In this document: one piece after another, positions 51,462 to 63,745 of the stretch
How the letters are laid out: each line of letters starts with the position of its first letter
Position numbering within the stretch: the first letter of the stretch is position 1
Assembly (NCBI GenBank): GCA_034780895.1
Contig: JAUZTB010000062.1
Span: 5,908,985 to 5,972,984 of the forward strand
Length of the DNA stretch: 64,000 nucleotides
Origin: Rhynchobatus australiae
Lineage: Eukaryota
Direction: 5' to 3'
Program-made: the position numbers and the translations under genes
Notes under the pieces: generated by a model
What the model was told of the DNA's origin: nothing
Database searches by the model: none
The model's input: the letters and a program-made list of their open reading frames with translations, nothing else

Positions 51462-53827
51462 TTAACCCAATGTAACATAATTGGCATTTCATAAATATCA
51501 TTAGTTACCACTAAATACTCAAGTGTTGTTTTTTTCCCCTAATCTGCTCTATGATTGGTGTTCCTGGTTGTACTCAAACTTGACATCCACTCAGTGGTGT
51601 ATATTAAACTTGCACATTTGTAATTCTGAAACATGGTTGAATATTCCCAAGATTCAATCAGCATTGAGCTTATCTTTGGGTGAGGAGGGACATCACGGTG
51701 AGTTTTATTATCTCAGTGCTGTCCAATCATTGTTATCCAATGACTCTTCCGGAAATTGTATGTGCAGCAGTCAGGTGAGATTGGGTTAGGCTTGGCTGTT
51801 AAACCATCCCCCTCTCACAGAGCTATAACCTCTCGATGCTCAGTGGAAAGATGCAGAGTTGAAGGCCAGCCACTGGGGCAAAGTAAAGGAATGCTGTTGA
51901 CTTACCCAAGCAAGTGTCAGCACATGCCAGGGGACAAATAACGTAGTTAACAATGGGTTTGATGATTAAAGCAGGAGCCCTGAGAACATGCTGTGCAGAA
52001 AGTGATTATTCCCAAACTTTCAAGGCTAATTCCAAGAGCAGGTAATGCATGCTGCTAGGGTTAAAAGGGAGATTTGTTCCACATAAATGGGAGGAGTGAA
52101 GGGAGCATACAGTAACTTTCCTCAGCAGTAAGCTGAACATTTGTTAATAGAATGCATTTTGTATACTCTATGCGAGAGGTAGATATGATTTTCTTGTTCC
52201 TTGGTTGTTTTTTGCTACTGAAAACTGATCAGGATATAGAACATTGACATTTGGTAGGATATAATTTCTACTTTTTGACCTATTGCTGTCAGAATGCAGA
52301 AGCATAATGGCTGTGGTAATGGTGAGGAAACTTGTGTTGTATTATCTCTGGACATTTCCCCAAATTAGTAACATCAAAGTTGTTCAGAACTGTCTTGGGT
52401 GATGTTGTATACTAAGTGATTTTATTCTTTCCTGGAACTTTGGACCTTTGATCCTGGCTCTTTCAGCTGCAAACCAGGACTTCCTACAGTTGTTTTGAGC
52501 CTGGAATCATGAAGGTGTGAAAATGGATTTTCAACAATTGCGTTAAATCCCATTACGCAGAGCTTTCAGTATTGTGGTCTGTTGATATGTTTGCAAACTT
52601 GAGTACAACATTGATCTTTTTTCCCCAACAATTTTGTTATATGCTGTAAAATTACTACTTCATTAATTTTGAATGTAATGCAAAATTATATCCATATGTA
52701 GGTATTTTTAAGAGGTGGAATTAACCATAGTTTGTCTTGCAATAAAAGCTAAAATGACCTAAGGCATTCAGATTTAATAATGCATTATTTACTTTCAACT
52801 GTATTGATAGTAATTTCATAATGGTTCAAAGTTGGTGTGGCTGTTTGACCCTTGTAGAAAGATGCTAAAATTTTGGGCAAGGTAGAAAATATTAAATGTG
52901 TGGCTAATTTAAAATCCTTTTGTTGTATTTTCTGGGAATTCATTAACTGGAAAATTTAACTTCTGATCAAATTAAGAACTAATACCTACAAATTCTTTAA
53001 ACCATGTTTTTGGGATAATTCAACTTCCAAGAAATGTCTAAAATGAGATTTTTTTTAAAACTGCTTGTATTCACTTCAATGAACAGTTTCTGTTTCACTG
53101 CATACATCCAAATCACTTCCAATGCTCCACTTCAAAGATATTCAGCATTTTAACATTGATTTGTATTTCTACAGCAGATTTGACATTGTAAAATATCCAC
53201 AGTATGCTTTTTCACTTGTTAGTGGCTCAAGAGCAAGGTTAGGAGGTGACCAAAGTATCAAGTTTCATAATTAACTTGCTAAATGTTCAGATCCAGATTG
53301 TTACTTCTCCACTTTGAAATAAGAGACATAACAATGATGCTACTTAAAGACTTTAATGGAGATAAGTTAGGACATGCAAGTTGAGTATCCTTGTAAAATT
53401 GTGGGTAATTTGTCAGGTATTGTCACAGCAATGGTCCACGTCTGCTTCTGTGATGCTAATGTTTTAGTTTGTAAATGCCTTAGTATTGTTTTCATGTTTA
53501 CTTTTTGTTGAAAGAAATATGCGAGTCTTACAGAATGAAATGTTATTTGAGGAGGAATATCTAACTGGAAGTAGAATCTTGTGCATTACAAGTCAGCCAA
53601 CTCCCAATAGTTCAAGGTCAGAATACTTTCATGTGTCATTGAACTCAACAATCTGAAATACAAGTTCCTTTGAATACAATCCTTTAGAGTGAAACAAATG
53701 TACGAGAGAGATGGTGTTTAAACCTCAATTAGTCTTTTCCTGATGGTGTCTCCATACAACAGAGCAAATTGAAATAGTATTAGGAAAGTGCAATTCTTTA
53801 TAAAATGTGTGTTTTCTTTACTTGCAG

Positions 53828-53911
53828 ACCCTAATGTTCCAAATGTTCAGGTGATGAGTTTATCGTTGGTATGTGCATCTGCACCTCATCCCTTGGTCCT
53901 GGATTTAACAG
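53828..53911 (+). CDS. ARHGDIA: RhoGDI-alpha-like second coding exon
   Basis: Acceptor ttctttacttgcag|, 84 nt encoding (D)PNVPNVQVMSLSLVCASAPHPLVLDLT(G), donor |gtgagc. Phases join correctly with the previous exon. Confidence 0.95.
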
Positions 53912-55680
53912 GTGAGCAAAACTCCCTACTTAGCACCTTCATAATATTAAATGTGTAGAACAATCCATGTGTAAATTTCAAATTAGTGCCTGTAATGTTT
54001 ATTTGATGTTTTATTTGAAATAGTTAAGGTCTAGCCTGGCTCTGCCATTTGTTCTTGTACAATCAATTTCTGGTCCTCGAGCAAGTTCATCCCTTCTGTT
54101 TACTTGATAATCCTTCGACATTGGGGATCAGTTGCCTCCAAGGCTTGAATATCTTCCTTGAGGCTCGGTGACCTAGAATAAAGTAGAGATATGGTCTGGC
54201 ATGATTACTTCTGACATGTTCCTTTGTCTGGGCATGGATTATCATTGTTAGCTTTGTTTACAGATTCCCAGTGGTCATATTGAATGTAAAGACCAGCAAA
54301 ACCATTGAATCTACTTCATTCCTTGCTATTAGTAACGTTTGATGTTCACATATTATAGCCCCTTTTTCCTTTCAATTATGGTATGTCCTAGTGTTTCCAG
54401 TAAATGTCACGGTTTATTAACCTACTGGTTTTCTCCATTAACAGTTGATCCAAGTTATCTTGTATTCTTGAATTTCCTCAGCAAACTCAATTGCCCTCCT
54501 GAACTGATGTCTGTGGCAGTGAATTTTTGAATGCAAGTCAAAAATGGAAGGTTGCTTCATGCTGCAATTTCCTTCAGCTGATTCGGCAGCCTGTGTAGCA
54601 ATTGGGTTTCTGTATACCAATAAAAGGAAGGAATTGTTGCCGACGGCCACTCGAGCCCCATTGTGTTGAAGTAGATTGTCATGTTCTCAGCAGACACTAG
54701 TGGTGGGTTGCTGGGAACAATTGCTTGTACATAACTGTTTGACTTTAAAGTTCTTGTGTGATCATTCACCAAGACTGCTACTTTGCAAAACTAACCTCAT
54801 TCCCAATTGCAGTTAAAAATCATTGTCACAAATTCTTCCATTATTGCAACCTTCAGTTATGTTCTACCATGTAATGTCTACTGTTCCAATAGGTTCTTGC
54901 GTCTGTTCAGTGGCAGAGCCTTTGAGCATCATGTTCTGTGGTAATCTTAGTGCTCTGCTAGTGCATGTCACTTCCCACTTATAAAGATCAGCTTGCCAGT
55001 GGAAGCATCTTCCCAGTCCCCATTGCCTCCAGCTTCTTGCATTCAGTAGCCCTTGGCTGTTCTGAATGACACTGGGAAAACCACAACGGTGGGAGCAATT
55101 ACACAAACAGCTCTTTAGTTTAAGCTCGATGTATTAATCAGCTTTAGCACGTCATCAAACATTGTCATGTTTGTGAGACTGCCTCCACTTTACATCGACA
55201 ATGCTTAGAGTTTAGAAGACTGGTTCTAATTTTAGATGTTTTGTCAATATCTCCTTCCTGTCTGGAACAAAACAGATGAGCTGGGAAACTGGTAGAAAAG
55301 TCGTAGTAATCCAGTGGGAAAATTAGGAAGTTACCAGAAATAAAATGCAACCAACTGCTTTATTTTAGGTGCAAAGGTTATTTTAATATCTGCCGGTCAC
55401 ACCCATGTAGGCTGAAACAGAACAACAAAAATGTATGTTGTTATGTGGGCCTGTGTGATTTTCATTTATTGCTGCCAATTGTAGCAAGTTAGCTGCTTGC
55501 CTGCAAGTTGGGGCTTTAATTGCTCACTGGTTACCAACATACTAATGGTGCCTTAGCCAAAACAACCAATTCTAGAAGGTGAACATCCTGATTTAGAGCA
55601 TATTTGAGACTGGGATTAAACCTGTCCCCCTGACTATTGGCCAATAGGCAATATGTGATTGTAAATGAAAATTAAAAATT

Positions 55681-55891
55681 CTGCAGATGCTGGAAATCTA
55701 AAGTACAAGCAGAAAATGCTGGAAACACTCAGCAGGTCAGGCAGCATCTGTGGCAAAGGAAAGAATTAACGTTTCAGATCAGAGACCCATTATCAGAACT
55801 GTTTTGATGAAGGGTCTTCAAACTGAAACATTAGCTCTGTTTCTCTTTCCATAGATGCTGCCTGACCTGAGTGTTTCCAGCATTTTGCCTT
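55681..55891. mobile_element. Palindromic Penelope-end dimer (MITE-like hairpin)
   Basis: aaaatgctggaaacactcag..caggtcaggcagcatctgtgg pairs with ccatagatgctgcctgacctgagtgtttccagcatttt; centre near 55800. Confidence 0.8.
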
Positions 55892-56559
55892 TCTTACTGG
55901 ATTGTGATCCTGCAGCAGAAGTAGCACCTCACTGACCACTCTTCTGTTGCCATCAAAATTCTTGACTGGGGGTGTTGCCGATCTGTGTACCATTGTCTTT
56001 TTTAAAAATGTTTTATTGTAATGTATAGCAACTGCTAGTTTATAACTCTAGGTTTTTGTGATTACAAAGCAGAAATACAGTTGAGCTTCAGGCTGTTTCA
56101 TAAACCCAGTTACAGATGATTTCTATTGTTTCTCAATAAGGATGTTAAAATTGTAGTACCTCATAAATTGGCCTTGAAATACTTTGCTGATTCTTCATGC
56201 AGACTGAACGTGAATACAGGGTCAGATCATGCAGGGATTCCCTTTGTATATTTGAGCTTGCTCTCAACTTCCCCCTCCTATCTGATACTGTTTCTGACCT
56301 GCTGGATTTGCTCAAACTGAGTTTAAAAATTTCCTCTAATCAAACATTTGAAAGATCAAAGTCATCGTTTTTGCCTCTGCCACAAATTCTATTTCACAAT
56401 TTTCGTATTTAAACCAGACTATTCAACCCTGAAGTGTGTACCTGACCACTCATCCATTGATCACCAAAACCATTTACTCTCTGCCTTAGCAACACCCCTT
56501 TTTGATGTCTGCTCATCAGCTAAAGTCCTTATCTATGCCTTTGGAATAGTTAAGCGTGG

Positions 56560-57025
56560 AGGTTACAGTGATATCCTAGTCAGCCTCCCACCTTCCACCC
56601 TAACCAAAATTGAGACGGCCTAAAACTCCATGACTCGTACCTTAATCTGCACCAGGTGGTGTCGTTCATCACTGCTTGCTCAGCAGCTCTGGTTCCTGGT
56701 TTAATAGCACCTTTATTTTTAAGATTCACATCCTTGTTTTCTGATCTGTTCTTGTCCCTCCCAGTTCTAACTTTATCCTGTCTTGCAAATCTGTTCCCCG
56801 GGTTCATCCATTTCTAGCCTCTTGTGTATTCCTGATTTTAATCAGTTTACTGTAATCATTCCTTTTGCTGCCTATTTGAAGCCTTAGATTCTATTGAGTT
56901 TTTCAGCCTCTTTTTGAGGATGCTTTTTATAAACTTTACTTCATTAAAATCTTCCTTGGCTTGATGCATATTTATATTTGATTAAGTTTGGCTGCATTAA
57001 AGGCACTATATAAATGCGAATTGCA
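56560..57025 (+). mobile_element. Old L2-like LINE 3' fragment
   Basis: Degenerate LHWL/FKI region and tail taaaggcactatataaatgc. A similar fragment lies at 49540-49840. Confidence 0.5.
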
Positions 57026-57334
57026 CTGATAGATATCAAAGTGCCATTGTATCCCAGAGCAAGCCCTAGACCTCTTGGGAGGAGAGGTGATATGAAATCC
57101 ATTCCTGTGCCCGTTGTGCCTACTATACAGTTTTAACATTGAGGCTCTTTCACCATTTGTGCAATGGATAAACAAAACCTAGTATGAAATGTATTGTGTA
57201 AGTAGATTGCTAAATGCAGACATTTATTCTGAGAACTGTATTTAATACAAGTGACTCTCAATGAATCAGATCAGTAGAAGAACTAACATCCAATGTATAG
57301 ACATTGAGGTCATTCAATCTCTGTATTTTACCAG

Positions 57335-57398
57335 GTTAACAAAGAAATAGTTTCTGGGCTGAAATATGTTCAGACAACGATAAGGAGAGCAATAAAAA
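57335..57398 (+). CDS. ARHGDIA: RhoGDI-alpha-like penultimate coding exon
   Basis: Acceptor ctgtattttaccag|, 64 nt encoding VNKEIVSGLKYVQTTIRRAIK(I), donor |gtgagt. Matches [22 protein letters not shown] of RhoGDI-alpha. Confidence 0.93.
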
Positions 57399-59464
57399 GT
57401 GAGTACAACTGGGCATAAATTTTCTATATGATCCTAATGTGTATTTAAAATCCTGTCTAAAATAATGCTGCGATGACCTTGTGCAGTTTTAAATGCTCTG
57501 TACCCTTCTCCAAAAAGAAGCTTCTTCCTCCTCTCACCTCTGCCAAACAGTTCGGATGCTTCCTATTTCAAAATAATGCATGTCACAAATATGAGGACCT
57601 TTTGTATGTTAGTTCAGATAAAGTGATCCTTTATCTTTAATGATGTTTTTATAGTTCATTGTTAGTATTGCTATGAGTTGAATCTTGGCCATGGTTAATT
57701 AGATTATAAGTAATTTTTGTTGAAAGTCACACAAGGGATAAATTGTGAAATAGGAATATTTGGCACAGATGTAAGCACTCTAAATCTGAAATGTAAATGA
57801 ATTCTAAAAATAGCAGCTCTGAGCACTTCTGAAGGGGGAAAAATCTGGAGAAGTATTTTTTTAAATAAGGGTTTTATAATAGAAAGTATTGGATGCCTGT
57901 TGGGTAATGTGCACAGGAATCTGGGGAGAATTATGCATATTGTATTAAAGGAGTATAACCTGGTGCCAACCATGCCAACTACAGATGCACATTAGTCTTT
58001 GAAGTTATATTGGATATTTATTCTGGGTCAAAAGATCACTCCTGTAATTCAGCCCTCACTGCCTAGGCAAAAGCATGTGATACCTGGTTAATGCAGCATT
58101 AAACAGAAAATTCTTATTACTGCCACTGTATTGATGAGTGCCAGTCATTTTGTTGGGACAATTTTTAAAAAAAAACATCTAGTGAGATTGTCTGACTAGA
58201 AAATTGCATGTTGTTGTTAACCATGTATATCCATTAGTGTAGAAGCTCTCATTTAAATTATTTCCAAGGTGTATAGGACTTTCATAGAATATGTATGAGA
58301 AAAGTGGTGTGGCCGTCCTGGCTCTTCAGATACATGTGGTCTGTGGTCCACTCCCGAGAAATGTAGGATTTCACTTGACCACCTTAAGCCTGATTGGAGG
58401 CAAGGGGACTGATGGAATTGCTCTGCTGCGAACCAGCATGGATCTGATGGGCTGAACTGTCTCCCATACCATAAGTCTCAAATACATAACCTCCAGTTTT
58501 GTTTAATTGTCTAATTCAGAATATATCCCTTCAAAAACTCAACTGGGAAAGCAGTTAAATTGTGACTGGATGGTGAAGACGAGCAGAGTATTAACTTTGA
58601 GTCAAATTATGTTCCCAGAAAAGGAATTGCAAGTCTGGAGTGGGAGGGTTTAAAAATAATGGTGGGTGGGGTGCAGTGTATAATTAGAATAAACCAAGAA
58701 AAATTTAAAGAAACTGCAAAAGCTTTTGTGTGTGTATATAAGGAGGAAAGGATTAGCAAAAGTAATTATGGGTCCCTTAGACAGCAGGGAGAAGCCATAA
58801 CAAGTGAGGAAAGATGGGAAACCAGTTTTGTCTTCGTAGTCTGAAAACAGGAAGCCTGTATCGACTATCTACAGAAATGTTTGCTTTCCACTACTAGGTC
58901 CTGTAGTGGTTGACAGATTACATTCCAGGAGTTAAATGCAGATTCACTTGCTAGAACCCTGCATTGACATGGTCTGACAGTTTCTCTCAAGTCTTCCATT
59001 AGTTGTATAACAAATAGATTTCCAGTCTGCTTTAGTATAGTTGAGTGCATGGGTGAATTAATTGTTGGGGTTGAAATGTTTGTAATGGTGAAGGGCTAGG
59101 TGGGAAGAAATAATCTCCAGTTGAGAGCAAGTGTAACCTTCAGAGCTGGCCAGTTCATGCAAGAAGTACTTTCTCTCACAGGGTTGTATAAATCTGGAAC
59201 TTCCACCCACACAATCTCAAAAAAAGAACTGAAGTTGGGTGTGTTTGGGGGAAAAAAATCAGTTTTCAGTAAGGATTATGGAGACAAGTCGAGTGACTGA
59301 ACACAATACAGATCAACCAGAATCTAATTAACAGGTGGTAAAATCCAGTTGTATCAAATGGTCCCCCTCTTGCTCCAGATGGAAGCATGGTGGCTGCAGG
59401 GTGGAAGGAACCCTAGGCTTTAAGTAGTGGTGTATTATGCTTGGATATTGGGAGTTGGTTATCA

Positions 59465-59860
59465 GGCTCAAGGACAGCTTCTGTCCCATTGTGGTAAGAC
59501 AATTGGATGGGTCTCTTGTACGATAAGAGGGACTCTTGACCTCTCACTCTACCTTGTCATGGCCTTGCACCTTATTGTCTGCCTGCACTGCACTTTCTCT
59601 GTAACTGTAATGCTTTATCCTGCATTCTGTTATTGTTTTCCCCTTGTACTAGATGTACTGATGTTGTGAAATAATCTGTATGGATAGTGTGCAAAACAGT
59701 TTTTCACTGTATGAAAAGCACTATGATGCTGGAGGAACTCAGCAGGCAGTCAACTGTTGACCGCCTGCTTTTCTCCATGGTGCTGCCTGGCCTGCTGTGT
59801 TCCTCCAGCATCAGTGTTTTTCCTGTAGAATCCAGCATCTGCAGTCCTTGTTTCTCTAGT
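59465..59860. mobile_element. Rex1 3' UTR (+) followed by a short palindromic Penelope-end pair
   Basis: caaggacagcttc...gcactttctctgtaactg...tttcactgt, then gatgctggaggaactcagcaggc / gcctgctgtgttcctccagcatc. Confidence 0.7.
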
Positions 59861-60180
59861 TTTTCACTGNNNNNNNNNNNNNNNNNNNNNNNNNNNNNNN
59901 NNNNNNNNNNNNNNNNNNNNNNNNNNNNNNNNNNNNNNNNNNNNNNNNNNNNNNNNNNNNNNNNNNNNNNNNNNNNNNNNNNNNNNNNNNNNNNNNNNNN
60001 NNNNNNNNNNNNNNNNNNNNNNNNNNNNNNNNNNNNNNNNNNNNNNNNNNNNNNNNNNNNNNNNNNNNNNNNNNNNNNNNNNNNNNNNNNNCACACCGGT
60101 GTGTGTGACAATAAACCAATGTGATGAGACATGGTGGAAAGATTAATTAAATATTGCTTTTTCTCATGCATTTTGAACAG

Positions 60181-60380
60181 TTGATAAGACTGACTACATG
60201 GTGGGGAGCTATGGACCACGTGACACCGAATACGAGTACCTCACGCCACAGGAAGAAGCACCCAAAGGCGTGCTAGCCAGGGGCAACTATGTTGTCAAAT
60301 CTGTTTTCACTGATGACGACAAAGTCATTCACTTGTCCTGGGAGTGGCAGCTCAACATCAAGAAGGATTGGAAAGATTAA
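60181..60380 (+). CDS. ARHGDIA: RhoGDI-alpha-like last coding exon
   Basis: Acceptor cattttgaacag|, 200 nt encoding (I)[65 protein letters not shown] then TAA; canonical RhoGDI C-terminus. Confidence 0.96.
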
Positions 60381-61645
60381 TCAATGCAAGGCCAGCTGTA
60401 GTCCATCCAATAGAGGAAAAAACAAAAATACACCTCCTGTACCAAAGTTAGCTTTTTTTTTTGAAAAGAAACAAAATTGTATTAGATTTATACTGCACAG
60501 CGAGATCATTGGCAAAATAAATCAAACCCTTTTTTTTGGTAAGGCACAGGTCAGATGCATGGCTACATGTTTCATTCTCCTATTCATTTGTGATTCTTCC
60601 CCTTTGTTCTGCCGACAGCTGCCTTTTGAGGGGGGGGGGGTGAGGGGGCTGCAGTTTTTTTTTAATAAAGTGAGGAAGTGATATGTAAATCAGTTTGGCT
60701 TGATGCCCCACCTCGGGGATTTGACCATTTGTTTCATTAGCACAGTGCTAAACTTGGACGGCTATGTGATCACAATGTCTAAACTAGGCAGAAGAATATA
60801 ATATAAAGCTTTAGAGGCAGTTCTTTCTGAGATTTAATCCTGTAATTTTTATTCTGTGTAACCATGTTGCCTTATGTATGCTGAAGTTGTTTATGGAAAT
60901 AATCAAAGAAAAAAAATCATGAATTTCTTAGTCGTCTTTTATACCAGCATGGATTTAGAACCAATTTGTTTTTTCCTGCCTGGAGACCTTGTGGGTGTAT
61001 ATCCACAATAAAGCTAGTCTAATCAGTGATAACATTTCTGCATGAATACACTCCTGTTTTTTTAAAAGTGCTTGTACAAAATCGATTATTGAAGGCGTAC
61101 AGTTCAGAGGATTTTTTGTGCTGTCTTGGTATGTTGTGGAACGATATGGTGGCGATCCTGTACTGATTTGCATGTAGCTGATGCAAAATGGAGCTATCTG
61201 AACACTCCTTCAACAGTAGATGGTGCTGGTAAAATATTGTTTAAAAACGCTTTTTTTAAACTTGTCTTGAATGTTGGAAAGATGGCCTGAATAATGTTAA
61301 TGCCTCTTTGTATTTTGTGCCACACATCAATCTGCCTCAGTATTTCATCCCTGGATTCTATGCTCCATTGTCCAGCTAATTTTGACTAGTTCTGAGTTTT
61401 GAACATGGCATATTTAAGAAAGTATTCTAAGCAGCCAGCATATATCATTGGTAGCCATTGTGGTTAGAACTGGGACCAANNNNNNNNNNNNNNNNNNNNN
61501 NNNNNNNNNNNNNNNNNNNNNNNNNNNNNNNNNNNNNNNNNNNNNNNNNNNNNNNNNNNNNNNNNNNNNNNNNNNNNNNNNNNNNTGAAAGAACAATACC
61601 ATCATTTTCACAGCAAGTATAATAAAATATTCAGACTAAAATATT
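60381..61645 (+). other. ARHGDIA: 3' UTR of ARHGDIA-like gene (contains an assembly gap)
   Basis: Repeat-free AT-rich sequence after the stop codon, with AATAAA at 60664, 61007 and 61621. Confidence 0.55.
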
Positions 61646-61661
61646 TGTTTTTTTTCTTTGT
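61621..61661 (+). terminator. Likely distal polyadenylation signal
   Basis: AATAAA at 61621-61626, followed about 20 nt later by a U/GU-rich tract (tttgtttttttctttgt). Confidence 0.55.
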
Positions 61662-62869
61662 CAAGAAAATCATCCATTTGTAAAACATTTCTGAATAATG
61701 AAACATCAAGGTTCCTTGCAGAACAGTTACCAAACAGCATTTACTCCATGACTAGTGAACAGCATGGTACAGAGTAAGTTTATGTAGTATCTTGGAGGGA
61801 AGAGTGGTTGGAGGTTTAGATGAGGATGCTGTCACTGCTGGAATAATGGGAGAAAAGGATTCACAAAAACCCTGAAATGGAGGGGTGCAAAGATCCGAGG
61901 GCTGGAGAGACACAAAGCCATGGAAGGATGGGCAGTAGAATGGAGATGTTGCAGGGCTGCTCTCAGCGATTGCTTCGTCGTCTTTTGGCTATTGAATGGC
62001 AGGTGAGTGTCCTGCATGAATATACCTTTTTATCGACTCTTCTCTTTTCTCTCTCCCCCCCACACCCCCCCACCAAAATAATTACATCTCATTATTGGTT
62101 CCCTGTTGTTGAAGGATTCTGACAAAGGAAAGTAAATTTACATGAAAACAGACTAAATTTGTAAATTAATACCAAATGAGTGTAGCTTTTTGTGTTCATC
62201 TTCCAGCGAACAAAGTTTGCGTAATTTTCTTTAAAGTGCTGCTCTTAAAACAAAACATGTTTATAATGAATTCTTCCAGAGAAATCGTGAATATCACAAA
62301 ATACCAGTGGTCTTAATAATTCAAAAGGCGAGTTGTCAAACTCCTTTTTGAGGGCCACTTACATAATGGAGCCTCCACCGTGATCAGCCTTCTGTACAGT
62401 CTCCAAGAAAAGCTCTGCCATGTTGGTCAAACACAACTTGCCCTATGAAGGAGCATTTGCCCTCCTAAAGTTTGTGGCGAGCATTTATGAGACAATCCAG
62501 TACTAATTGTTCATCCACCATCAAACCACCGTGCTGTGCCGTACTCAATACTGTGAGTGGGTCTACCATACCTGGTACTGTACCTTTTTGGTATTGAAAA
62601 TGGTAACAACCCAGAGACAAGGAGATCGAATTCCTTCTCTGCTCTTTTCAGTAAGCGGTTACTGGTGTTTGGAGGGATGAAGTACCCTATTCTAATGTAC
62701 AACTGTTAACCCCTAATTAAATCCTGGCTCTATTTTGATTGTGTGGAAATGATGCTCCACCTAAAAATACCAACCCACTTTGTTGGTTTTATCACTTGTT
62801 CAAAGTGTATGGGACTTGGGTGGGGGGGGGGGTGGAATTCTAAGGAGAGTCTAGAAGGGGGTGGGGCTT

Positions 62870-63745
62870 TTATCTCTGAAGTGCAGGAGGCCAAGGGATG
62901 ACCTTGTAGAAGTATATAAAATCATAAGGTTGAATGGTTGGTCTTTTCCCCCAAGGATGGGAAGTCTAAAACTAGAGGGCATAGGTTTAAGGGAGAGGGG
63001 AAAGGTTTAAAGGAGACCTGAGGGGCAAGTTTTCCACACAGGGTGGTGGGTGTATGGAATGAGCTGCCAGAGGTAGTGGTAGAGGTGGGTACAAATGTTT
63101 AAAAGACTGGTATATAGGTAGGAAAGGTTTGGAGGGATATGGGCCAAATGCAGGTAAATAGGACCAGCTCAGAGCAAAGAGATTTGGACTTGGTGGGGGT
63201 GGGAGGCATGGAAAGAGAATATAATTACATTTGTCCAAAGTTGAAATTGTGCTTTCATTCAGTAGAACATTTTGGTGTGTAGTGTGTATAGTTGCCGTGT
63301 GGAAAGATTTACGAGGATTTAACTGGGACAGAGGCCATAAGCTGTAAGGAGAGACTGTATAGGCTAGGACTTTTCTCCCTGGGGCACAGGAGGCTGAGGG
63401 GTGACCTTAGAGGCTTATAACATCACGAGGGGCACAAGATAAGGTGAATGGTCTGTTTTTTTCCCAGCATGGGTGAATCCATTGTGGTTTTAAAGTAGGT
63501 TTAAAGTGAGAAGGGAAAGATATTCCACACAGATTGTGGTGGGTAAATGGAATGAGCTGCCAGAGGTGGGTAGAATTAGGACACTTAAAAGACATTTGGA
63601 CAGGTACACAGATAGGAAAGGTTTAGAGGCATTTGGGCCAAACCTGGGCGAATGGGACTGGCTCAGTTAGGAAACTTGATCAGCATGGGCCAGTTGAATC
63701 AGAACCTATTTTCCGTGCTGTGGAGCTTTCTGGCTCGGTGACTCT
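62870..63745 (+). mobile_element. Two CR1/HER1 3' fragments in tandem
   Basis: Repeated aggctgaggggtgacctt, tggaatgagctgccagagg and ggaaaggttt.gagg motifs at 62870-63175 and 63310-63745. Confidence 0.8.

Noticed and set aside
54240-55100. Possible very old RT remnant on the minus strand (LGSTV, AESAE motifs)
   Set aside because: Only two short motif hints; cannot be supported without a profile search.
56197-56412. ORF containing EYRVR and LKIS as the missing RhoGDI exon
   Set aside because: The motifs are too far apart and lack the KEG context; likely chance.
57087-57137. AG|GT GAT ATG AAA TCC (GDMKS) as the missing RhoGDI exon
   Set aside because: Purine-rich acceptor, no FVLKEG-like sequence, and an in-frame stop follows.
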